Part shown: in pieces, positions 1 to 10,042 of the stretch
Layout: each line of letters starts with the position of its first letter
Numbering within the stretch: position 1 is the stretch's first letter
DNA from: an uncultured delta proteobacterium
GTDB lineage: Bacteria; Desulfobacterota; Desulfobacteria; Desulfobacterales; QNYZ01
Length of the DNA stretch: 64,000 bases
Direction of reading: 5' to 3'
NCBI GenBank assembly: GCA_963845145.1
Contig: CAWJQU010000005.1
Location: forward strand, 192,001-256,000
The notes under the pieces: generated by a model
Told to the model about the DNA's origin: nothing
The model's input: only the letters and a program-made list of their open reading frames with translations
Databases searched by the model: none
Translations under genes and position numbers: made by a program

Positions 1-230
1 AAGAGTATGTAACCGGTGTGCGCGCAACGGCGGCAGCCATTAAAAATCATGATCAAACGTCGCCGGCCGCCATCTGGGTGGTTGGTTTCAAATCGGGCAT
101 CGATCGTTTGAAACTGAAAAAGCTGGCCATTGAGACCCGACAAGCGGCTGATACGATCAGTCGCCGCATGTCTCACCCGGAACATCCGGCCCACTGGATG
201 ATCCGCCGCAGGCAGACTGTTTCGCCATAG
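1..230 (+). CDS. IclR-family transcriptional regulator, C-terminal part (runs off window start)
   Basis: Frame reads EYVTGVRATAAAI...AAIWVVG...ETRQAADTISRR, typical of the end of an IclR effector domain. Confidence 0.7.
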   Translation, partial: EYVTGVRATAAAIKNHDQTSPAAIWVVGFKSGIDRLKLKKLAIETRQAADTISRRMSHPEHPAHWMIRRRQTVSP

Positions 231-257
231 GCGGACCAAAAAAGGAGACCAAGTTAA

Positions 258-749
258 ATGACCGCACAATTACTCTGGGTGGACCCCAACAAATGCAACG
301 GCTGCATGGAATGCGAGACAGCCTGTGCGATGGTGAAAACCGGCGAAAAAGATACGATCCGATCTCGAATCCGCGTAATCGACTGGCAACAAAAAGGGCT
401 TTATTTACCGGTGACCTGCCAGCAATGTGAGACAGCACCCTGCCTGGCCGTCTGCCCCAAAGAGGCCATCAGCCGCAATGCGCAGGATCAGCGGGTCGTG
501 GTTGACTATGAGCGCTGTGTCAGTTGTCGCATGTGCATGGGCGCTTGCCCGTTCGGGGCCATGAAATTTGATAAACACACACGAATGGTTTTCAAATGCG
601 ATTTATGCGAGGGAGCGCCAGCCTGTGTACCCTGCTGCGAACCCGGCGCGCTTACCTTTTCAAACCCATACCACGTGCATAGCCGCCGAACCAGACAAGC
701 GGCGGCACGCATCGCCGCTGATCGAAGGTTCCACCAGCAGACTGATTAA
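258..749 (+). CDS. 4Fe-4S dicluster electron-transfer protein (CooF/DmsB-like)
   Basis: Four Cys motifs: CNGCMECETAC, CQQCETAPC, CVSCRMCMGACP, KCDLC; RBS AGGAG. Confidence 0.9.
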   Translation: MTAQLLWVDPNKCNGCMECETACAMVKTGEKDTIRSRIRVIDWQQKGLYLPVTCQQCETAPCLAVCPKEAISRNAQDQRVVVDYERCVSCRMCMGACPFGAMKFDKHTRMVFKCDLCEGAPACVPCCEPGALTFSNPYHVHSRRTRQAAARIAADRRFHQQTD

Positions 750-786
750 TCCGCCGAAGGCGGACCGACTGACAGGAGAAATACCC

Positions 787-1206
787 ATGTCCTATTTTAA
801 AGTGGATGAAAAATGCAACGGCTGCATGGCCTGCATTCAAAACTGCCCGGCCAATGCGCTCATGGCCAAAGAAGAAGGGGATAAACGGACCCTGCTTCAC
901 AATATGGCATTATGTGCCCGATGTGCGACCTGTTGGCGGGTTTGTCCCCAGGACGCGATCCAATTTGAACACTTTATGAAAAATCAATGGGATGAGGTGG
1001 CCGAGCTTGACATGGTCTATTGCTATATCTGCCAGGAACCGCTCTATACCACTCGCTTTAATCAAACGTTATCTGATCAAATGGAAAAACCGGCCGAGCC
1101 TACCTGCGAAAAACATAAACTTTCCCTGGATTTAATGGCCAGGGCCTATTTTTTCCCAGGCGGAAAGCCGGCCAAAGAAGAAAAAACCAAAGGGGAAAAC
1201 CAATGA
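787..1206 (+). CDS. 2x[4Fe-4S] ferredoxin-type protein
   Basis: CNGCMACIQNCP and CARCATCWRVCP; ATG 787 after AGGAG. Confidence 0.85.
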   Translation: MSYFKVDEKCNGCMACIQNCPANALMAKEEGDKRTLLHNMALCARCATCWRVCPQDAIQFEHFMKNQWDEVAELDMVYCYICQEPLYTTRFNQTLSDQMEKPAEPTCEKHKLSLDLMARAYFFPGGKPAKEEKTKGENQ

Positions 1207-1886
1207 TAGTCGGGGATTTAAAACCTATCCAGGAGATCGCGGCATCTCTAAAAGGGTATAAAAAAATATTGGCCCTTGGCTGTGGAAGCTGTGTGACGGT
1301 TTGTTTGTCCGGTGGCGACCGGGAAGCCCAGGCATTGGCCCAGGCATTGACGAAACTCGATGCGTTTAAAGCTAAACCACCCGAGATTGAAACAGACACC
1401 ATTTTACGGCAATGCGAGCAGGACCTCGTAAGCGCCTACCAGACCCTTCCACCGGATATCGACGCCATTTTGTCGTTGGCCTGTGGCGCAGGTGTGCAGA
1501 TCGTCGCCGACACCTTTGAACCGCTACCGGTCATTCCGGCTTTAAATACTACTTTTCTGGGCGCGGCCGCCAAGCCAGGTGTGTGGGAGGAGATGTGCCA
1601 GGGTTGCGGCGATTGTGTACTGTTTGATACCGGCGGCATCTGCCCGGTAGCCCGGTGCGCAAAAAGTTTGTTTAACGGTCCCTGCGGAGGTTCTCAATCC
1701 GGGCATTGTGAAATCGATCCTGATGTCACCTGTGTTTGGGCGGCGATATACGAACGCTTAAAAAAACAGAAAAAACTGCATCGAATCCACAAGATTCGAG
1801 CCGCCAAAGATTGGCGTCCAGGTGGTGCCGCCGGCCCACGAAAGAGAATCCGAACCGGCATCGGCGGAAGCCCGGGAGAGTCGTAA
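1203..1886 (+). CDS. metV: Methylene-THF reductase-associated Zn/Fe-S subunit (MetV / MTHFR_C domain)
   Basis: GCGSCVTVC, LACGAGVQ, CQGCGDC...GGICPVARCAKSLFNGPCGG motifs. Confidence 0.8.
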   Translation: MIVGDLKPIQEIAASLKGYKKILALGCGSCVTVCLSGGDREAQALAQALTKLDAFKAKPPEIETDTILRQCEQDLVSAYQTLPPDIDAILSLACGAGVQIVADTFEPLPVIPALNTTFLGAAAKPGVWEEMCQGCGDCVLFDTGGICPVARCAKSLFNGPCGGSQSGHCEIDPDVTCVWAAIYERLKKQKKLHRIHKIRAAKDWRPGGAAGPRKRIRTGIGGSPGES

Positions 1887-1906
1887 CCCCTAGTTATTTT
1901 GTTTTC

Positions 1907-1977
1907 GCCACGAAGACACAAAGATAACAAAGGAGAGCATTGTTGGCATTTTCTTTGTGACCTGGTGCCTTGGTGGC
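1907..1977. repeat. Imperfect palindromic REP-like element
   Basis: GCCACGAAGACACAAAG ... CTTTGTGACCTGGTGCCTTGGTGGC inverted arms with internal short periodicity. Confidence 0.5.
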
Positions 1978-2008
1978 TATTTCCTTAAATTAAAGAGGCA
2001 ATCGCTTC

Positions 2009-3436
2009 ATGGAAACCAACGAAATTGAATTACTCAGTGTGGGGGTCGATGTCGGCAGTTCCACAAGTCATCTGGTTTTTTCCAACCTCCTTCTGAAACG
2101 GGATGAAAATTCAGCCTCCAAACGCTTTCTCATCGATGAAAGAAAGGTCATTTACGAGGGCAAAATCATCGACACGCCCTTGGTGAATCAAAAGACCATT
2201 GATATCGATAAATTAACGAAATTTTTAAAATCAGAGTATAAACGCGCGGGAATCTCCCCGGAGGAGGTCCAAACCGGGGCGGTAATCATCACCGGAGAGA
2301 CAGCCAAAAAGGCCAATGCCGGACAGATCGTGACAGCCCTATCCAAGGATGCCGGCAAGTTTGTCGCCGCGACAGCCGGGCCCAATTTTGAAAGTGTCAT
2401 TGCAGCCATGGGATCCGGAGCCAGGGCGCGATCCCGAGAAACGGGCGAGACCCTGCTGTCCTGTGACATTGGTGGCGGCACTTCCAATATGGCCATTATA
2501 AAAAATGGGAAAATTATCTCCACCAGTTGCGTGTCTGTGGGGGGGCGACTCATCGCCTTCGATGCGAAGGGCAAAATCCAACGAATCAATGGGCCGGCAC
2601 AACAGGTAATGGATAGTCTGGGGCTGACCTTTCAAATCGGTGACTGCCCGGCAGTCGAAGATCTGGATAAAATTGCCGCAAAGCTGGCGGCGGTTCTCAT
2701 GGAGGTCATTACCGGACCAGCCAACTCACCATTGGCCAAAAAGTTGATGGTGACAGACGATCTGGTGTTCCCCGCCCAAATTGATGGGTATACATTTTCC
2801 GGAGGTGTCGCGGAATTGATCTATGGCGGCAACGGCCGGCATAACGACATCGGTAACACCCTGGCGAAAAAAATTAACGGGTTGATCCATCAATTGAAAT
2901 CACCGATCATTGAACCGGCGAACAAGATCAGAGCCACGGTGATTGGTGCGGGCGCCCACTCATTATCCATTTCCGGTTCCTCCGGATTTATGGACGATCA
3001 AATCGAATTCCCCCTTAAAAACGTACCGGTTATTCGGGTGGATGTCGAACGATTAAAACTGAGTGTTCCGTACGTTGTATCACAAATCCAGGCCGCCTTT
3101 CGCCGCTTCGACACCAAAGAGGGTGAAGAGACGGTTGCGCTCTATTTTTGGGACCCGGTGAAAAACTCCTACCCCCAGGTGGAGCTGTTCGCCAAATCCA
3201 TTGAAGCCGCTCTCCCTCGATCAATGGCCAACAACATACCCATCATTCTCGTTTTCAAAGGGGATATCGCCTGCAGCGTAGGCAATGTTATCCGTCGCGA
3301 AACCGCCCTGAAAACCAACCTGCTGACCCTGGATGAATTGGATCTGGTCGAAGGGGATTGGATTGATATCGGCAGCCCCTTGGTGGAAAACCAAGTGTTC
3401 CCTGTCACCGTTAAATCACTGGTCTTTCACGGCTGA
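2009..3436 (+). CDS. eutA: Ethanolamine ammonia-lyase reactivating factor EutA-like ATPase
   Basis: LLSVGVDVGSSTSHLVFS, GAVIITGETA, AGPNFES, DIGGGTSN, IRATVIGAG, C-terminal VTVKSLVF. Confidence 0.85.
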   Translation: METNEIELLSVGVDVGSSTSHLVFSNLLLKRDENSASKRFLIDERKVIYEGKIIDTPLVNQKTIDIDKLTKFLKSEYKRAGISPEEVQTGAVIITGETAKKANAGQIVTALSKDAGKFVAATAGPNFESVIAAMGSGARARSRETGETLLSCDIGGGTSNMAIIKNGKIISTSCVSVGGRLIAFDAKGKIQRINGPAQQVMDSLGLTFQIGDCPAVEDLDKIAAKLAAVLMEVITGPANSPLAKKLMVTDDLVFPAQIDGYTFSGGVAELIYGGNGRHNDIGNTLAKKINGLIHQLKSPIIEPANKIRATVIGAGAHSLSISGSSGFMDDQIEFPLKNVPVIRVDVERLKLSVPYVVSQIQAAFRRFDTKEGEETVALYFWDPVKNSYPQVELFAKSIEAALPRSMANNIPIILVFKGDIACSVGNVIRRETALKTNLLTLDELDLVEGDWIDIGSPLVENQVFPVTVKSLVFHG

Positions 3437-3468
3437 TGGATCTGCTTGCTTGTATGTTATGGTATGGT

Positions 3469-3909
3469 TTAGCTAGAGTCGGATAGTTTTCGATCGGACG
3501 TATCAATCTGCCGGATCAATGCCGCTGCCGCTTTTTCCCCCAAAATATCACAACATCGGTTGTAAAGACGCTGCCAGGCTTGTTCTATGGGAGCCTTGAG
3601 TTGCTCCCCTTTTTTGGTAGCACAGATGAGGACGGCCTTACCTTGCGGAATTCGATTAAGATAGCCCCGGCGAGCAAGCATATCAACAAACCGAGCAATG
3701 GTTGAGGGCGCTAAATAGAGATGGTTGCTCAATTCTCTCAGATCTATCCCCGGATGTTCATTTACGCGCATCACCACGAATGCCTGGGAAGGCGATAATC
3801 CCGTGACACGAAACTCTGCCTCGGCCATTCCGGTAATGGTCCTGGATAAAGAATTGGCCGAAAAATAGATATTGCTTGGGAAAAGGGGCAGATCGTTTTT
3901 CATTCTCAT
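3469..3909 (-). CDS. MarR-family transcriptional regulator
   Basis: wHTH: GLSPSQAFVV...LAPSTIARFVDML...TKKG. Confidence 0.85.
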   Translation of the reverse strand: MRMKNDLPLFPSNIYFSANSLSRTITGMAEAEFRVTGLSPSQAFVVMRVNEHPGIDLRELSNHLYLAPSTIARFVDMLARRGYLNRIPQGKAVLICATKKGEQLKAPIEQAWQRLYNRCCDILGEKAAAALIRQIDTSDRKLSDSS

Positions 3910-3919
3910 TCACCAAAGA

Positions 3920-3957
3920 GTTGTATATACATATATACCGCATGAAACTTTTGTCAA
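3920..3957 (-). promoter_or_regulatory. MarR promoter with palindromic operator
   Basis: TTGACA on the minus strand (3957-3952) and a TGTATATACA palindrome just upstream of the gene. Confidence 0.45.
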
Positions 3958-4100
3958 TGTTTTTTTCATCCCTATTGCCCGGCTCAATAAATTGTCATTG
4001 ACAACCCGACCCTCCGCTTTATCCTAGTAGCGTTCATATTTGAGATCATGTTATGATATTGTTGCCTCAACCAAAAGTTTCCCAATAAACAAGTCAAAAA

Positions 4101-5588
4101 ATGAAAACCAACGACGCTCACTTATCCGAAGAGACCCTCGATCCCGAGGATTGGCAAGCCCTGCGTGACCTCGGCCATCGCATGGTCGATGACATGATGG
4201 ATTATCAGGAAAACATTCGTGATCGACCGGTCTGGCAACCCATTCCCGATGTCGTCAAATCGGTTTTAAATCGAGATCTGCCGGAAAATCCCCAGGCTGA
4301 AGAAACGGTTTACCGCGAATTTACTGAACACATTCTACCCAATCCTTTGGGTAATATTCATCCCCGGTTTTGGGGCTGGGTCATCGGTACCGGTACCCCT
4401 TTGGGCATGTTGGCCGAGATGCTGGCAGCAGGGATGAACCCCAATGTCGGAGGGGCGGATCATGTGGCCAACTTGGTAGAAATCCAGGTGCTCTCCTGGT
4501 TAAAACAGATGTTGGGCTATTCAAAAGATAGCAGCGGTCTGCTGGTCAGCGGCGGCTCCATGGCCAATCTCGTAGGGCTAACCGTTGCCCGCAACACCCA
4601 TGCTAAAATTGATCTGCGCGCCCAGGGAATGCGTGCGGTGCCTCAGCAAATGCTTTTGTATGGTTCAACCCAAATGCACAATTCCATTCAGAAAGCAGTC
4701 GAATTGTTGGGAATGGGAAGTACGTCCCTGCGAAAAATACCGGTAACCTCAGATTACCAAATCGACCTCCAGGCATTGAAAAATACGATTGGTAAGGACA
4801 AGGCCGAAGGTCACCAGCCCTTTTGCATCGTGGCCAATGCCGGTACTGTCAATACAGGTGCTTTTGATGACATCAGTCGCTTGGCCGACATTTGTGAAAA
4901 AGAGGAACTTTGGCTGCACGTGGACGGTGCTTTCGGCGCATTGGCCGAATTGTCCCCCTTACATCGTCATTTCACGAAAGGGATGCAGCGTGCAGATTCC
5001 ATTGCCTTTGATCTGCACAAATGGATGTACATGCCCATTGAAATCGGGTGTGCGCTCGTACGCGATTCGTCCGCCCATCGCGACACATTTACAATGACCG
5101 CCGACTACCTTGAACATGGCGGCAATCGCGGCCTTATTGCCGGCACCCAATGGTTCAGCGACTATGGTGTGCAACTATCCCGTGGCTTTCGTGCGCTTAA
5201 AGCGTGGATGTCTATTAAAGTCTACGGCATCGGTAAATATCGGCGGCTGATCGAACAGAATATTGCCCAGAGCCAGTATCTGGCTAAAAGGGTTGACGAG
5301 CATCCCGAGCTTGAGCTGATGGCACCCGCCCCTTTAAACATTGTCTGTTTCAGATACAAAGGCACCGGTTCGACGGACGATAATCGCCGCGACGCCTTAA
5401 ACCAGGAGTTGCTTGTGCGGCTGCATGAGAGCGGCATTGCCGTGCCGTCATATACCACATTAAACGGCCGATACGCTCTACGCGCCGCCATTACCAACCA
5501 TCGCAGTCGGCGGGAAGATTTCGACATCATGATCGATGAAATCATCCGAATAGGCAGGGATTTAAACTTAACGTTGCATAAAGATTAG
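4101..5588 (+). CDS. PLP-dependent group II decarboxylase (aromatic-L-amino-acid decarboxylase-like)
   Basis: HPRFWG, SGGSMAN, AGTVNTGAFD, WLHVDGAFG, DLHKW (PLP Lys). Confidence 0.9.
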   Translation: MKTNDAHLSEETLDPEDWQALRDLGHRMVDDMMDYQENIRDRPVWQPIPDVVKSVLNRDLPENPQAEETVYREFTEHILPNPLGNIHPRFWGWVIGTGTPLGMLAEMLAAGMNPNVGGADHVANLVEIQVLSWLKQMLGYSKDSSGLLVSGGSMANLVGLTVARNTHAKIDLRAQGMRAVPQQMLLYGSTQMHNSIQKAVELLGMGSTSLRKIPVTSDYQIDLQALKNTIGKDKAEGHQPFCIVANAGTVNTGAFDDISRLADICEKEELWLHVDGAFGALAELSPLHRHFTKGMQRADSIAFDLHKWMYMPIEIGCALVRDSSAHRDTFTMTADYLEHGGNRGLIAGTQWFSDYGVQLSRGFRALKAWMSIKVYGIGKYRRLIEQNIAQSQYLAKRVDEHPELELMAPAPLNIVCFRYKGTGSTDDNRRDALNQELLVRLHESGIAVPSYTTLNGRYALRAAITNHRSRREDFDIMIDEIIRIGRDLNLTLHKD

Positions 5589-5629
5589 GTTACAACAGGA
5601 ACAAGGCCATTGCTTGAAAGGTGATACCC

Positions 5630-6430
5630 ATGGACTTTTCTCAATCCACAACACTGGGCCGCACCGGTTTAACCGTGGGCCGCCTGGGCATTTCATCGAG
5701 CTTCGGCGCACCGGCCGATGCCTATATGGAAGCATTCGAGCGGGGCTGCAACTATTTCAACTGGGGTACTTTCATCAAAGGCCGCTCCGGCCCCATGGGC
5801 GAAGCCATCCGCAACATTGTGGGCCTTGGAAATCGCGATAAACTGGTGGTCGCCATGCTGTCCTATGCCCATCAGCCCTGGTTGACTGAGCATTTTTTGG
5901 TCAAGGGCCTAAAAGCCGCCCATCTAGATTATGCAGATGTCCTGCTGCTAGGCTACTTCTCAAAAAGACCACCCCAGAAGATTATCGACGGGGCACTTAC
6001 ATTAAAAGAAAAGGGGCTGGTACGCTTCATCGGATTGACCAGCCACAACCGAAAACTATTCCCTGAATTGGCTAAAGAGGGCCTTTTCGATCTCTTTCAT
6101 ATCCGCTACAACGCCACCCATCGCGGTGCGGAAACTGAGGTTTTTCCGCATCTTTCAGGCGACAACCGCCCCGGTGTGGTCAGTTTCACAGCAACAGACT
6201 GGAAAAAGCTTTTAAAACCCAATAGAATGCCCCCTGGAGAAGTCCCCTTGACAGCCGGAGAGTGCTATCGCTTTGTTTTGACCCATTCGGCAGTGGATAT
6301 TTGCATGATGGGCGCTAAAAATGTCATCCAAATGCGAGAAAATCTGGCGGTTTTAAAAAAAGGGCCGATGACAAGTATCGCCCTGAAAAGAGTCCATCGA
6401 ATCGGCAATTATGTGTACGGCAAACGATAG
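5630..6430 (+). CDS. Aldo/keto reductase-family protein
   Basis: LGRTGLTVGRLG start; LKEKGLVRFIGLTSH. Confidence 0.75.
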   Translation: MDFSQSTTLGRTGLTVGRLGISSSFGAPADAYMEAFERGCNYFNWGTFIKGRSGPMGEAIRNIVGLGNRDKLVVAMLSYAHQPWLTEHFLVKGLKAAHLDYADVLLLGYFSKRPPQKIIDGALTLKEKGLVRFIGLTSHNRKLFPELAKEGLFDLFHIRYNATHRGAETEVFPHLSGDNRPGVVSFTATDWKKLLKPNRMPPGEVPLTAGECYRFVLTHSAVDICMMGAKNVIQMRENLAVLKKGPMTSIALKRVHRIGNYVYGKR

Positions 6431-6499
6431 TGTGTACTAAGTTTTAAGGCCGTGCGAAAAAATAACTTTACATTTTAAAGCGAGTCCTGAGGAAAAGCC

Positions 6500-7051
6500 A
6501 TGGGAATGAGCTCCGAACACCACGATAATATCGACGATATTCTCCGCACTCACGGATACACGGATTATAAGTGGGTCGATCCTAAAAAAATCATCGTGTC
6601 CCAATGGGTGCGAATGAAATGCAAGTTTGGCTGTGGAGAGTATGGCCATGGCGGGGCCTGTCCGCCCAATACACCGTCGGTGGCCGAATGTGATCAATTT
6701 TTCAAAGAGTACAATGATGCCGTCATTTTACACTTTGAAGGGAAGATGGATAAACCTGAAGACCGTCATGCCTGGACAGCCAAAATCAATGCAAAGCTCA
6801 TCAAGCTGGAGCGAGCGATATTTTTGTCCGGATGCGAACGTGCGTTTATCCTTTTTATGGATTCGTGCGGGTTTTGTAATGATTGTCCAGGCAATCGTGA
6901 AAGCTGCAAACAACCCCGGATATCCAGGCCAGCCCCGGAGGCCATGGCGGTGGACGTCTATTCGACGGTACGCCGGGTTGGATTTGAGATCGCCGTGCGA
7001 GAAAATTATGAACAAAAAATGGATCGTTTTGCGTTCCTCATGGTCCATTAA
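6500..7051 (+). CDS. DUF2284 Cys-rich metal-binding protein
   Basis: WVRMKCKFGC..YG...CPP, CGFCNDC, RPAPEAMAVDV. Confidence 0.75.
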   Translation: MGMSSEHHDNIDDILRTHGYTDYKWVDPKKIIVSQWVRMKCKFGCGEYGHGGACPPNTPSVAECDQFFKEYNDAVILHFEGKMDKPEDRHAWTAKINAKLIKLERAIFLSGCERAFILFMDSCGFCNDCPGNRESCKQPRISRPAPEAMAVDVYSTVRRVGFEIAVRENYEQKMDRFAFLMVH

Positions 7052-7070
7052 AAACAGGAGGTAAACCAGA

Positions 7071-8237
7071 GTGAGCCCTATTAGCCAACAATTGCAGGAA
7101 TGGTTAGTCCAGATCCGAAGAGATTTTCACATGCACCCGGAGACGGCCTATGAAGAAGTTAGAACAACCGATCGAATTGCCGAAATACTGACCGAGCTGG
7201 GCCTTGAGGTGAGACGTTTCGATGATATGACCGGTGTGGTGGGCCTGTTGCGCGGGGGCCAAAGTGGGCCTACTGTCGGCCTTCGGGCGGATATTGATGC
7301 GTTAAACCTGCAAGAGTTAAACGATGTTAAGTATAAATCTCAAACCGACGGTAAAATGCACGCCTGCGGTCATGATGCCCACGCCACAATCATGCTGGGC
7401 GTCGCGAAGCACATGGTTGAAAGCGGGATTGGCAAGACCCTGAAAGGAAACGTCAAGTTCTTCTTCCAGCCGGCCGAAGAGGGTGGCGCAGGCGCGAAGA
7501 AAATGATCGATCGGGGGGTCATGCAAGACCCTGATGTGGACACGGTGATGGCCGGCCATATGCTACCCGATATGCCGTTGGGCCAAATCGGCGTTTTCGA
7601 GGGTCAGAGCCACGCTTCTGCGGATCGCTTCACGGTCACGTTCATTGGCCAGGGCGGTCACGGGGGGCGCCCCCATCAGGTTCGTGACCCCATCGTTGCA
7701 GCCGCCAACTGGATCACGACCGTCCAGGCCGCAGCCGCCCGAAGTATCGACCCCTTGGATTCGGTTGTTGTGACAGTGGGAAGTATTCATGGCGGCAACG
7801 CCTCAAATGTTGTACCCCGCGAGGTTAAGCTGGAAGGCACCACCCGGGCGATCGGCGATGGTGTCCAAGCCCGTATTCGAGAACGGATGAAAGAGATCAG
7901 CAAAGGTGTTGCATCCGCTTTTGATGTCGCGTGCAATCTGGATTTTACCGATGGCTATCCGGCCGTCATCAATGATTCCGGTATTTCCCGGCTTCTGTAT
8001 GACACAGCCATCGACCTTTTTGGAAAAGATAGGGCCGAGTACATGCGCCCCAGCACCGGCGGCGAGGATTTCGCTTTTTTCGCCCAGCAAAAGCCCAGTG
8101 CCATCATTCGGTTGGGCTGCGGGCCATCCAGTGGTGGCTTTAATCCACTTCACTCACCCTATTTTGATATTGACGAACGGATTCTTGGCTTGGGAGTGGA
8201 ACTGTTTACCGCGGCGGTGCAGCGGTATTTGGGGTAG
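7071..8237 (+). CDS. M20D family amidohydrolase
   Basis: RRDFHMHPE, RADIDAL, MHACGHDAH, FQPAEE, GGEDF, LHSPYF. Confidence 0.92.
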   Translation: MSPISQQLQEWLVQIRRDFHMHPETAYEEVRTTDRIAEILTELGLEVRRFDDMTGVVGLLRGGQSGPTVGLRADIDALNLQELNDVKYKSQTDGKMHACGHDAHATIMLGVAKHMVESGIGKTLKGNVKFFFQPAEEGGAGAKKMIDRGVMQDPDVDTVMAGHMLPDMPLGQIGVFEGQSHASADRFTVTFIGQGGHGGRPHQVRDPIVAAANWITTVQAAAARSIDPLDSVVVTVGSIHGGNASNVVPREVKLEGTTRAIGDGVQARIRERMKEISKGVASAFDVACNLDFTDGYPAVINDSGISRLLYDTAIDLFGKDRAEYMRPSTGGEDFAFFAQQKPSAIIRLGCGPSSGGFNPLHSPYFDIDERILGLGVELFTAAVQRYLG

Positions 8238-8343
8238 AAGCAGCTTCTTTTCGGAGCGATACCGGGACTTCAGGGAGCGAGGGCTCCCCTACGGCCTGTA
8301 TGATTCTCTGTGTGACGTCCCTTGAACACCGATGTTCTGCACC

Positions 8344-8562
8344 TTATGGTGTCCAATTTAATGAAAGCTTGCGGTTAGATTGAACGCAATCACGTAAATA
8401 TAGATTGATTAGGTTTTGATATGGAACGCCGGTTTCCTCTGCTAATTCTTTAAAGTGTTCTATGATATCAACACCTATCCGGATGGTTACTTGTTTTTTT
8501 AAATTTTTCGAATGCGGATTTTTATGGCCTTTCATTTTGCCAAAATCATATTCTTTTCTCAT
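8344..8562 (-). CDS. brnA: BrnA-family antitoxin
   Basis: MRKEYDF...KKQVTIR...PYQNLINLYL; overlaps brnT. Confidence 0.85.
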   Translation of the reverse strand: MRKEYDFGKMKGHKNPHSKNLKKQVTIRIGVDIIEHFKELAEETGVPYQNLINLYLRDCVQSNRKLSLNWTP

Positions 8563-8852
8563 AATGGCCTCCTAAAATAAACTTTTTGTTCTTTCTTAGT
8601 CGCTTTCCTTGCTGAAATGATACGAATTACCGAATCATCACCGCGGTAGCAATGGCAAACAACTAAAACGCTAAGGCTCTGACTAAAACCTAAGAGTAAA
8701 AATCTTTCTTCATCAATGGAATGATCTGGATCATCAAATTCAATTGCGCTTTCATCAAAGAATACCGTCTGTGCCTCTTCAAATGAAATACCGTGTTTGG
8801 TTTGATTGCCGATATTTTTAGTATCATTCCATTCAAAGATTAATTTGTTCAT
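8559..8852 (-). CDS. brnT: BrnT-family ribonuclease toxin
   Basis: FEWN..KN..N..KHGISFEEA...IRIISARKAT. Confidence 0.9.
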   Translation of the reverse strand: MNKLIFEWNDTKNIGNQTKHGISFEEAQTVFFDESAIEFDDPDHSIDEERFLLLGFSQSLSVLVVCHCYRGDDSVIRIISARKATKKEQKVYFRRPL

Positions 8853-8858
8853 AATTAT

Positions 8859-8887
8859 ATTGTAAATATATTATAATTATATGTCAA
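8859..8887 (-). promoter_or_regulatory. Sigma70 promoter of brnTA, probably giving a leaderless mRNA, with ATAATTAT operator repeats
   Basis: TTGACA-17bp-TACAAT ending 7 nt before the ATG at 8852. Confidence 0.6.
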
Positions 8888-9055
8888 TCGATTATGCAGA
8901 AAATTTTTTGGCGCAGAACATATATCAAAGTGTCTTAGATCAGCCGTCTATTTGAAACTTTTACATCGCGTACTATCTTTGGTTATTTAGCCATCAACAT
9001 TTTTTAGTTCATAAACGACAAATAATGAGAAATTCAACCAATCGGAGGAGTCAAA

Positions 9056-10009
9056 ATGACATCTTATACGTATCAAGGGAAAACCATCGTACCGGCCTTA
9101 GGCCTGGGAACCTGGAAATCAAATAAAGGCGATGTCACCGGTGCCGTGAAAGAAGCCTTAAATATCGGTTACCGCCATATCGATTGTGCCAGGGTTTATG
9201 AAAACGAAGCGGCCATCGGCGAGGCGTTTGCTGCGAAGATGGGGCCCGGCGGCGTTTCCCGGGACGACGTGTGGGTGACCTCAAAACTGTGGAATAACGC
9301 CCATCTGCCCGAGGATGTCCAACCGGCTTTAAAGCAAACGTTGTCCGATCTGAAGCTTGACTATCTTGATCTCTACCTGATCCACTGGCCGGTGGCATTT
9401 CGTCCGACGGTGTTCTTCCCCAAAAGCACGGCCGACTATCTCTCACTTGACGAGGTACCGATTATCGAAACCTGGCAAGCCCTGGAAGCGTGCGTTGGTC
9501 TGGGGCTGGTCAAACATATCGGCGTTTGTAATTTCAGCATAAAAAAACTCGCCGATCTGCTTTCAAAGGCAACGATTCCGCCCATGATGAATCAGATTGA
9601 ATTGCACCCCTATTTACCCCAGGAAGAAATGCTGAGTTATTGCAGGAAAAATGAGGTCTTGGTCACCGCCTACTCACCGCTGGGTTCAACGGATCGCCCC
9701 AGTCGTATGAAGAAGAAAGATGAACCGTCTTTGTTGACGCATCCTGCCATTCAAACCATTGCGAATAAGCATGATATTTCCGCAGCCCAGGTCCTTTTGG
9801 CGTGGGCATTGAAAAGAGAGACTGTCGTCATTCCAAAATCCGTTAATCCGCAACGGCTCAGGGAAAATTTTGCAGCTCAGAACTTAATTCTCGATGCAGA
9901 CGATATGGGCGTACTAGCAGAACTTGCCATGGACTATCGCTATGTGGATGGTTCTTTCTTTAACGCCCCGGAATCAGGATACGCAAAGGGCACGTTATGG
10001 GATGCGTAA
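9056..10009 (+). CDS. Aldo/keto reductase (AKR1-like)
   Basis: LGLGTW, GYRHIDCA, TSKLWN, LDLYLIHWP, IPKS. Confidence 0.92.
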   Translation: MTSYTYQGKTIVPALGLGTWKSNKGDVTGAVKEALNIGYRHIDCARVYENEAAIGEAFAAKMGPGGVSRDDVWVTSKLWNNAHLPEDVQPALKQTLSDLKLDYLDLYLIHWPVAFRPTVFFPKSTADYLSLDEVPIIETWQALEACVGLGLVKHIGVCNFSIKKLADLLSKATIPPMMNQIELHPYLPQEEMLSYCRKNEVLVTAYSPLGSTDRPSRMKKKDEPSLLTHPAIQTIANKHDISAAQVLLAWALKRETVVIPKSVNPQRLRENFAAQNLILDADDMGVLAELAMDYRYVDGSFFNAPESGYAKGTLWDA

Positions 10010-10042
10010 TTAACTATATATTCACGCTAATTTAAATATCAA

